Virus record (IMG/VR): IMGVR_UViG_2681813182_000003
Reading direction: 5' to 3' (one strand)
Origin: a virus
Taxonomy: Duplodnaviria; Heunggongvirae; Uroviricota; Caudoviricetes
DNA length: 5,422 nucleotides
Shown: piece by piece, positions 1 to 5,422 of the stretch
Layout of the letters: the number at the start of each line of letters is the position of its first letter
How positions within the stretch are numbered: position 1 is the stretch's first letter
The notes under the pieces: generated by a model
The model's input: the letters and a program-made list of their open reading frames with translations, nothing else
Told to the model about the DNA's origin: nothing
Database searches by the model: none
Program-made: the position numbers and the translations under genes

Positions 1-10
1 GGGGCGGGAT

Positions 11-226
11 ATGTATCAGATGGAAAAAATATCAACAGGCATTGCCTACGGCACCTCCGCCGGCAGTGCCGGCTACTGGTTTTTGCAGTGGTTGGATCAG
101 GTCAGTCCATCACAGTGGGCTGCGATTGGTGTGCTGGGAAGTCTGCTTCTGGGGCTTCTGACTTATCTGACAAATCTGTATTTCAAAATAAGAGAAGACA
201 AGCGTAAGGCTGCGAGAGGTGAATAA
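11..226 (+). CDS. S: Class II holin / pinholin, phage 21 S-like, with dual-start motif (Met1 and Met4)
   Basis: 71 aa. The N-terminus MYQMEK has two in-frame Met codons (11 and 20), like the S21 antiholin/holin pair. Two hydrophobic segments: a Gly/Ala/Ser-rich SAR-like TMD1 ([22 protein letters not shown]) and TMD2 ([23 protein letters not shown]), then a charged C-terminal tail ([13 protein letters not shown]). The stop overlaps the endolysin start (TAATG). Near-identical to my recollection of phage 21 S / E. coli essD. Confidence 0.9.
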   Translation: MYQMEKISTGIAYGTSAGSAGYWFLQWLDQVSPSQWAAIGVLGSLLLGLLTYLTNLYFKIREDKRKAARGE

Positions 227-723
227 TGTCGCCATCATTACGCAAGGCTGTTGCAGCTGCTATTGGTGGTGGGGCTGTTGCTATAGCATCTGTGTTAATC
301 ACTGGCCCAGGTGGTAACGATGGTCTGGAAGGTGTCAGCTACATACCATACAAAGATATCATTGGTGTATGGACTGTATGTCACGGACACACCGGAAAAG
401 ACATCATGCTCGGTAAAACGTATACCGAAGCAGAATGCAAAGCCCTCCTGAATAAAGACCTTGCCACTGTCGCCAGACAAATTAACCCGTACATCAAAGT
501 CGATATACCGGAAACAACGCGCGGCGCTCTTTACTCGTTCGTTTACAACGTGGGCGCTGGCAATTTCAGAACATCGACGCTTCTTCGCAAAATAAACCAG
601 GGCGATATCAAAGGCGCATGTGACCAGCTACGTCGCTGGACATATGCTGGCGGTAAGCAATGGAAAGGGCTGATGACCCGTCGTGAGATTGAGCGTGAAG
701 TCTGTTTGTGGGGGCAGCAATGA
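226..723 (+). CDS. R: SAR endolysin (phage 21 R-like lysozyme, T4-lysozyme fold, GH24)
   Basis: 165 aa. N-terminal signal-arrest-release segment rich in Gly/Ala ([20 protein letters not shown]). Catalytic triad at the expected positions E35, D44, T50 ([17 protein letters not shown]). GAGG lies 6 nt upstream of the ATG. Start overlaps the holin stop; stop overlaps the Rz start (ATGA). Confidence 0.95.
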   Translation: MSPSLRKAVAAAIGGGAVAIASVLITGPGGNDGLEGVSYIPYKDIIGVWTVCHGHTGKDIMLGKTYTEAECKALLNKDLATVARQINPYIKVDIPETTRGALYSFVYNVGAGNFRTSTLLRKINQGDIKGACDQLRRWTYAGGKQWKGLMTRREIEREVCLWGQQ

Positions 724-1184
724 GCAGAGTCACCGCGATTATCTCCGCTCTGGTTATCTGCATCATCGTCTGCCTGTCATGGGCTGTTAATCATTACCGT
801 GATAACGCCATTACCTACAAAGAGCAGCGCGACAAAAACGCAAGAGAACTGAAGCTGGCGAACGCAACCATTACTGACATGCAGCAGAGACAGCGTGATG
901 TTAATGCACTCGATGCTAAATACACGAAGGAGTTAGCTGATGCGAAAGCTGAAAATGAAACTCTGCGCGCTGATGTTGCCGCTGGTCGTCGTCGGTTGCA
1001 CATCAAAGCAGTCTGTCAGTCAGTGCGTGAAGCCACCACCGCCTCCGGCGTGGATAATGCAACCAGCCCCCGACTGGCAGACACCGCTGAACGGGATTAT
1101 TTCACCCTCAGAGAGCGGCTGATGACGATGCAGATGCAACTGGAAGGGGCACAGGAGTATATCCGCACTCAGTGCATTAAGTAG
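720..1184 (+). CDS. Rz: Rz i-spanin (inner-membrane spanin subunit)
   Basis: The track ORF begins at GTG 708, but the ATG at 720 gives [21 protein letters not shown]..., matching the lambda Rz N-terminus as I recall it. N-terminal TM helix followed by a coiled-coil-like periplasmic domain. ATGA overlap with the endolysin stop. Confidence 0.93.
   Translation: MSRVTAIISALVICIIVCLSWAVNHYRDNAITYKEQRDKNARELKLANATITDMQQRQRDVNALDAKYTKELADAKAENETLRADVAAGRRRLHIKAVCQSVREATTASGVDNATSPRLADTAERDYFTLRERLMTMQMQLEGAQEYIRTQCIK
940..1122 (+). CDS. Rz1: Rz1 o-spanin (outer-membrane lipoprotein), embedded in the +1 frame of Rz
   Basis: 60 aa. Signal peptide with lipobox LVVVGC, proline-rich stretch PPPPP, and a lambda Rz1-like sequence. 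AAGGAG lies 8 nt upstream of ATG 940. Lies entirely inside Rz in another frame. Confidence 0.88.
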   Translation: MRKLKMKLCALMLPLVVVGCTSKQSVSQCVKPPPPPAWIMQPAPDWQTPLNGIISPSESG

Positions 1185-1226
1185 CCTTTTTATCGTGGTA
1201 AACATTTCGCAGGGTATGAGGTATTT

Positions 1227-1577
1227 ATGCCATCACTAATCCCACGTGCCTGCCGTAAGCGTGGATGTGCAGGTACAACCACAGACAGTTCGGGTTACTG
1301 CGATAAACATCGCGGTGAAGGCTGGGTGCAGCACCAGCGCGGACTGAGCCGCCACCAGCGTGGCTATGGCTCAAAATGGACGGTGATTCGTGCCCGTATT
1401 CTGAAGCGCGATAAAGGTCTGTGTCAGTTGTGTCTGCGTGTCGGTGTGGTGAGCGAGGCGAAAACCGTCGACCACATCATCCCGAAAGCGCATGGCGGAA
1501 CAGACGCAGACAGCAACCTGCAGAGTCTGTGCTGGCCCTGCCATAAAGCGAAAACAGCGCGCGAACGAATCCGGTGA
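1227..1577 (+). CDS. HNH endonuclease, phage packaging-associated
   Basis: 116 aa. HNH core DHIIPKAHGGTDADSNLQSLCWPCHKAKT with flanking Cys pairs (CQLC ... CWPC) and an N-terminal Cys/His cluster. GAGG lies 5 nt upstream of the ATG. Position immediately upstream of terS is typical of HK97-like packaging modules. Confidence 0.9.
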   Translation: MPSLIPRACRKRGCAGTTTDSSGYCDKHRGEGWVQHQRGLSRHQRGYGSKWTVIRARILKRDKGLCQLCLRVGVVSEAKTVDHIIPKAHGGTDADSNLQSLCWPCHKAKTARERIR

Positions 1578-1599
1578 TAATTATTCTCACTTGTAGGGA

Positions 1600-1659
1600 G
1601 GGGCGGGGCAAATCCCTGTGACCTGACGTCTTCCGGACTGCCCGCCCCATCGTTTTTTT
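1600..1659 (+). terminator. GC-rich inverted repeat plus T7 tract between the HNH gene and terS; candidate intrinsic terminator and/or cos/packaging site
   Basis: GGGGCGGG (1600-1607) is the perfect reverse complement of CCCGCCCC (1641-1648), extendable to 10 bp with one bulge. The loop is about 28-33 nt, followed by TTTTTTT (1653-1659). The loop is unusually large for a canonical terminator. Confidence 0.35.
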
Positions 1660-1698
1660 ATACCCGCGAAAAATGAAATTTAACCAGGAGTGCCGCAT

Positions 1699-2193
1699 AT
1701 GGCTGGAACGGCGGGGCGTTCCGGGCGTCGCCCCAAGCCAACGGCGCGCAAGGCGCTGGCCGGAAACCCCGGCAAGCGAGCCCTGAACAAAGATGAACCT
1801 GTTTTTACGCCCATCAAAGGTGTTGAGCCACCAGAGTGGTTCGCTGAAGAAGATCTCCCTCTCGCCACGATCATGTGGCAACTGACAACCAAAGAACTCT
1901 GCGGTCAGGGCCTGCTGTGCGTGACTGACCTGGCGGTACTTGAGCGGTGGTGCGTGGCCTATGAGTTCTGGCGACGTGCCGTGAAAAATATTGCCATACA
2001 GGGCAACACCATCACCGGTGCAATGGGCGGCAGGGTCAAAAATCCGGAGCTGACCGCCAAAAAAGAACAGGAGTCCGAGATGAGCAGCACGGGGGCAATG
2101 CTCGGACTCGACCCCAGCAGCCGCCAGCGTCTGATTGGCCTGGCGGGGCAGAAGAAAGCCACTAACCCGTTTCTGAAAATTATCGAATCATGA
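1699..2193 (+). CDS. Terminase small subunit, P27 family
   Basis: The track ORF begins at GTG 1690, but AGGAG (1686-1690) overlaps that codon and is correctly spaced for ATG 1699. N-terminus [31 protein letters not shown] is typical of P27-family terS. Stop overlaps the terL start (ATGA). Confidence 0.85.
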   Translation: MAGTAGRSGRRPKPTARKALAGNPGKRALNKDEPVFTPIKGVEPPEWFAEEDLPLATIMWQLTTKELCGQGLLCVTDLAVLERWCVAYEFWRRAVKNIAIQGNTITGAMGGRVKNPELTAKKEQESEMSSTGAMLGLDPSSRQRLIGLAGQKKATNPFLKIIES

Positions 2194-3923
2194 GCCGGAA
2201 ATCTTACCCCAACGTAAATGCTGCAAATCAGTATGCCCGGGATGTCGTGCGCGGAAAGATTGTTGCCTGCCAGTTTGTGATTCAGGCCTGCCAGCGCCAT
2301 CTTGATGACCTGATGGCGGAAAAAAGTAAGTCGTTTCGTTACCGCTTCGACAAGGACCTGGCTGAACGGGCCGCGAAATTTATTCAGCTGTTGCCGCACA
2401 CCAAGGGGGAGTGGGCATTCAAACGGATGCCCATCACGCTGGAGCCGTGGCAGCTATTTGTGATCTGCTGTGCGTTTGGCTGGGTCAATAAAGGCACCCG
2501 GTTGCGCCGCTTCCGGGAGGTGTACACCGAAATCCCCCGTAAGAACGGCAAATCAGCAATCTCTGCCGGTGTTGCCCTGTATTGTTTTGCCTGTGATAAC
2601 GAGTTTGGCGCGGAAGTGTATTCCGGTGCCACGACAGAGAAACAGGCGTGGGAAGTCTTTCGCCCGGCGCGACTGATGTGTAAACGCACACCCATGCTGA
2701 CGGAAGCGTTCGGGATTGAGGTTAACGCCTCAAACATGAACCGTCCGGAGGATGGCGCGCGGTTTGAACCGCTGATCGGCAACCCAGGTGATGGTTCATC
2801 ACCCCACTGTGCCGTGGTTGATGAATATCACGAGCATGCCACCGATGCGCTTTATACCACAATGCTTACCGGGATGGGGGCGCGACGTCAGCCACTGATG
2901 TGGGCCATCACCACCGCCGGGTACAACATTGAGGGGCCGTGCTACGACAAGCGGCGGGAAGTCATCGAGATGCTCAACGGCTCGGTGCCTAACGATGAAC
3001 TGTTCGGGATCATCTATACCGTTGATGAAGGTGACGACTGGACCGGCCCGCAGGTGCTGGAAAAAGCCAATCCAAATATTGGCGTGTCGGTTTATCGCGA
3101 ATTTTTGTTAAGTCAGCAGCAGCGTGCGAAAAATAACGCCCGTCTGGCAAACGTCTTTAAAACAAAACACCTCAATATCTGGGTGTCGGCGCGTTCGGCG
3201 TATTTCAACTTGGTGAGCTGGCAGAGCTGCGAGGATAAATCACTGACCCTTGAGCAGTTCGAGGGGCAGCCGTGCATTCTGGCCTTTGACCTGGCGCGTA
3301 AGCTGGATATGAACAGCATGGCGCGACTTTATACCCGCGAGATTGACGGTAAAACGCATTACTACAGTGTGGCCCCGCGTTTCTGGGTACCGTATGACAC
3401 GGTGTACAGCGTCGAGAAAAATGAAGATCGACGGACAGCCGAACGCTTTCAGAAATGGGTGGAAATGGGCGTTCTGACCGTTACCGATGGTGCGGAGGTG
3501 GATTATCGCTACATCCTCGAGGAGGCCAAAGCGGCGAACAAAATCAGCCCGGTCAGTGAGTCACCCATCGACCCCTTCGGGGCGACCGGGTTGTCACATG
3601 ACCTTGCTGATGAAGACCTGAATCCCGTCACTATCGTCCAGAACTTCACCAATATGTCCGATCCGATGAAAGAGCTGGAAGCAGCGATTGAATCGGGACG
3701 TTTTCATCATGACGGCAATCCCATCATGACCTGGTGTATCGGCAACGTGGTCGGCAAAAACATGCCGGGTAACGATGATGTGGTGAAACCCGTCAAAGAG
3801 CAGGCGGAAAACAAAATCGATGGTGCAGTTGCGCTGATTATGGCGGTTGGCAGAGCCATGCTGTACGAGAAAGAAGACACGCTGTCTGACCACATTGAGT
3901 CCTACGGGATCCGCTCGCTTTAA
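2190..3923 (+). CDS. Terminase large subunit (ATPase/nuclease)
   Basis: 577 aa. Deviant Walker A-like P-loop ([12 protein letters not shown]), Walker B-like hydrophobic run ending in acidic residues (CAVVDEYHE), C-terminal nuclease-like region ([15 protein letters not shown]). Translationally coupled to terS. Confidence 0.93.
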   Translation: MSRKSYPNVNAANQYARDVVRGKIVACQFVIQACQRHLDDLMAEKSKSFRYRFDKDLAERAAKFIQLLPHTKGEWAFKRMPITLEPWQLFVICCAFGWVNKGTRLRRFREVYTEIPRKNGKSAISAGVALYCFACDNEFGAEVYSGATTEKQAWEVFRPARLMCKRTPMLTEAFGIEVNASNMNRPEDGARFEPLIGNPGDGSSPHCAVVDEYHEHATDALYTTMLTGMGARRQPLMWAITTAGYNIEGPCYDKRREVIEMLNGSVPNDELFGIIYTVDEGDDWTGPQVLEKANPNIGVSVYREFLLSQQQRAKNNARLANVFKTKHLNIWVSARSAYFNLVSWQSCEDKSLTLEQFEGQPCILAFDLARKLDMNSMARLYTREIDGKTHYYSVAPRFWVPYDTVYSVEKNEDRRTAERFQKWVEMGVLTVTDGAEVDYRYILEEAKAANKISPVSESPIDPFGATGLSHDLADEDLNPVTIVQNFTNMSDPMKELEAAIESGRFHHDGNPIMTWCIGNVVGKNMPGNDDVVKPVKEQAENKIDGAVALIMAVGRAMLYEKEDTLSDHIESYGIRSL

Positions 3924-3934
3924 CTGAGGTAATT

Positions 3935-4117
3935 ATGATCATGCTGATTCTCGCGCCTCTGGTGGGCGTGCTGGGTGCGCTTTTGCTGGCGTATGGTGCC
4001 TGGCTGATTTATCCCCCGGCGGGTTTTGTTGTTGCCGGGGCGCTGTGCCTGTTCTGGTCGTGGCTGGTGGCGCGATATCTCGACCGTACACGGCAGTCTG
4101 TCGGCGGAGGTAAATAG
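3935..4117 (+). CDS. Hypothetical small membrane protein (60 aa, two predicted TM helices)
   Basis: GAGG (3926-3929) lies 5 nt upstream of ATG 3935. Codon usage looks enteric (CTG, GCG, GTG rich). Two hydrophobic helices ([22 protein letters not shown] and [19 protein letters not shown]) and a basic C-terminus. The stop TAG overlaps the portal GTG (TAGTG), and the portal SD GGAGGT sits in its last codons. Confidence 0.55.
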   Translation: MIMLILAPLVGVLGALLLAYGAWLIYPPAGFVVAGALCLFWSWLVARYLDRTRQSVGGGK

Positions 4118-5273
4118 TGTTCTTTTCGGGATTATTTCAACGAAAAAGCGATGTGCCGGTGACCACGCCAGCAGAACTGCTGATGCTATCGGGCTGTCAT
4201 ACGACACCTATACCGGAAAGCGGATCAGTAGCCAGCGGGCCATGCGCCTGACGGCGGTCTATTCTTGCGTCAGGGTGCTGGCAGAGTCTGTTGGTATGCT
4301 GCCCTGCAGTCTCTACAAAATCAGCGGTACCCTGAAAACACGGGCGGTGGATGAACGACTGCATAAGTTGGTTTCGGCAAAACCTAATGGCTACATGACA
4401 CCGCAGGAATTCTGGGAGCTGGTTATTGTCTGCCTGTGTCTACGGGGGAATTTTTACGCCTACAAGGTAAAGGCACTGGGAGAAGTGGTGGAGCTTCTTC
4501 CGATAGATCCGGGCTGTGTGGAACCGAAGCTGAACAGCCAGTGGCAGCCGGTTTATCAGGTGACGTTTCCGGATGGTTCCGTGGATGTGTTGACCCAGAA
4601 TGAAATCTGGCATGTGCGCACCCTGACGCTGGATGGACTTGTCGGGCTGAATCCCATTGCGTATGCGCGTGAGGCCATTTCACTGGCAGCGGCAACCGAG
4701 GAGCACGGTGCCAGGTTGTTTAGTAATGGTGCGGTGACATCCGGTGTGTTGCGTACGGAACAAAAGCTCACGCCGGATGCTTACGAGCGTCTGAAGAAAG
4801 ATTTTGAGGAGTGTCACACGGGGCTTGGCAATGCTCACCGCCCGATGATTCTGGAAATGGGGCTGGACTGGAAGTCGATGGCGCTGAACGCCGAGGACAG
4901 TCAGTTCCTGGAAACCCGCAAGTTTCAGCTGGAAGAAATCTGTCGTCTGTTCCGGGTGCCGTTGCACATGGTGCAGAACACCGATCGCGCCACCTTCAAC
5001 AATATCGAAGAGCTGGGGCTGGGATTTATCAACTATTCACTGGTGCCGTATCTGACCCGCATCGAACAGCGGATCAACACCGGACTGGTACGAAAAAGTA
5101 AGCAGGGCGTTTATTACGCCAAATTTAACGCCGGGGCGTTACTGCGCGGGGATATGAAGTCCCGTTTTGAAGCCTACGCCACCGGGATCAACTGGGGAAT
5201 TTACTCTTCCAATGACTGCCGCGACCTGGAAGATATGAATCCGCGTCCCGGTGGTGTAATGCCGATCAGTTAA
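4117..5273 (+). CDS. Phage portal protein, HK97 family, with a frame change near 4190-4212 (possible pseudogene or sequencing error)
   Basis: GGAGGT (4106-4111) lies 5 nt upstream of GTG 4117. That frame encodes MFFSGLFQRKSDVPVTTPAELLMLSGCHTTP and stops at 4249-4251. The long ORF ending at 5273 is in the -1 frame relative to it and has no ATG/GTG/TTG start downstream of the small ORF before 4242. Its body carries the conserved portal N-terminal motif (AMRLTAVYSCVRVLAESVGMLPCSLY). The track start at TTG 4026 would give an implausible Cys/Trp/Arg-rich N-terminus. Confidence 0.8.
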
Positions 5274-5305
5274 GGATCAGTTGACCGATCCAGTGGCTGT
5301 GTAAG

Positions 5306-5340
5306 AATCCGGAAACGCTCACTTGTTTCCGGATTTTTTT
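5306..5340 (+). terminator. Perfect 11-bp hairpin plus T7 tract (intrinsic-terminator-like) immediately upstream of the transposase ATG
   Basis: AATCCGGAAAC (5306-5316) pairs perfectly with GTTTCCGGATT (5325-5335), with an 8-nt loop. The T-run 5334-5340 abuts ATG 5341. Confidence 0.6.
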
Positions 5341-5422
5341 ATGCACATTGGACAGGCTCTTGATCTGGTATCCCGTTACGATTCTCTGCGTAACCCACTG
5401 ACTTCTCTGGGGGATTACCTCG
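5341..5422 (+). CDS. insG: IS4-family (DDE) transposase, N-terminal fragment (truncated by window end)
   Basis: ATG 5341 opens a reading frame that runs to the window end. The first 27 residues match my memory of IS4 InsG. There is no phage-module context and no conventional SD; the start is buried next to the hairpin. Confidence 0.55.
   Translation, partial: MHIGQALDLVSRYDSLRNPLTSLGDYL

Larger units (their letters stand above)
5257..5422 (+). mobile_element. Left end of an IS4-like insertion sequence (partial; continues beyond the window)
   Basis: The ORF starting at 5341 (MHIGQALDLVSRYDSLRNPLTSLGDYL) matches my recollection of the N-terminus of the IS4 transposase InsG. About 84 bp of structured leader precedes it, with three GATC motifs at 11-12 bp spacing and a perfect hairpin. 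The exact left boundary (about 5257, TAATGCCGATCAG...) is inferred, not verified. Confidence 0.55.

Noticed and set aside
1-8. GGGGCGGG at the window start, identical to the stem arm at 1600-1607
   Set aside because: An 8-mer match in a GC-rich context could be chance. There is no partner repeat or other structure nearby within the window.
708-719. GTG 708 as the Rz start
   Set aside because: ATG 720 yields the lambda Rz-like N-terminus (MSRVTAII...) and forms the typical ATGA stop-start overlap with the endolysin.
1185-1226. Possible terminator between Rz and the HNH gene (GCCTTTTTAT)
   Set aside because: There is a short T-run but no convincing upstream stem. It is more likely just the spacer carrying the HNH RBS.
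1690-1698. GTG 1690 as the terS start
   Set aside because: The SD AGGAG (1686-1690) overlaps this codon and is correctly spaced for ATG 1699.
4026-4116. Track start of the portal ORF at TTG 4026 inside the small membrane ORF
   Set aside because: The N-terminal translation ([17 protein letters not shown]...) looks like an off-frame read of a hydrophobic gene. There is no SD, whereas GTG 4117 has a strong SD and a portal-like N-terminus.
295-4967. All minus-strand ORFs in the track (295-480, 815-1006, 1020-1205, 1477-1881, 1680-1892, 1959-2399, 2384-2782, 2485-2691, 3113-3319, 3594-3893, 3707-3895, 3920-4207, 4423-4695, 4556-4771, 4680-4967)
   Set aside because: Each lies antisense to a well-supported + strand phage gene. 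None has a convincing RBS or a recognisable motif, and their compositions (Cys/Arg/His-rich, low complexity) are typical of shadow ORFs.
2470-5101. Plus-strand alternative-frame ORFs inside terL and portal (2470-2676, 2929-3111, 4811-5101)
   Set aside because: They are fully embedded in off-frames of confidently called genes, Arg/Ser/Gly-rich, and lack RBS or motif support, unlike the genuine embedded gene Rz1.
1-5422. CRISPR arrays, tRNA/rRNA genes, or a defence or toxin-antitoxin operon
   Set aside because: No spacer-repeat periodicity and no tRNA-like cloverleaf candidates were seen. Every sizeable ORF is accounted for by phage lysis or packaging functions or by the IS element. The only unexplained gene is the small membrane ORF reported above.

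Overview
This window is a lambdoid (phage 21 / HK97-mosaic) prophage late region, all on the + strand. It carries a lysis cassette (S21-like pinholin, SAR endolysin, Rz/Rz1 spanins), then an HNH endonuclease, a structured intergenic region that may be cos, a P27-family small terminase, a large terminase, a small 2-TM membrane ORF and an HK97-family portal gene. Three things stand out. The portal gene changes reading frame about 30 codons in, consistent with a 1-nt deletion or a sequencing error. A 60-aa membrane protein sits between terL and portal. The window ends in what I recognise from memory as the left end of an IS4-like insertion sequence, which may truncate the portal 3' end. Together these suggest a decaying prophage rather than a novel system. 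All minus-strand ORFs in the track look like antisense shadows of the + strand genes.
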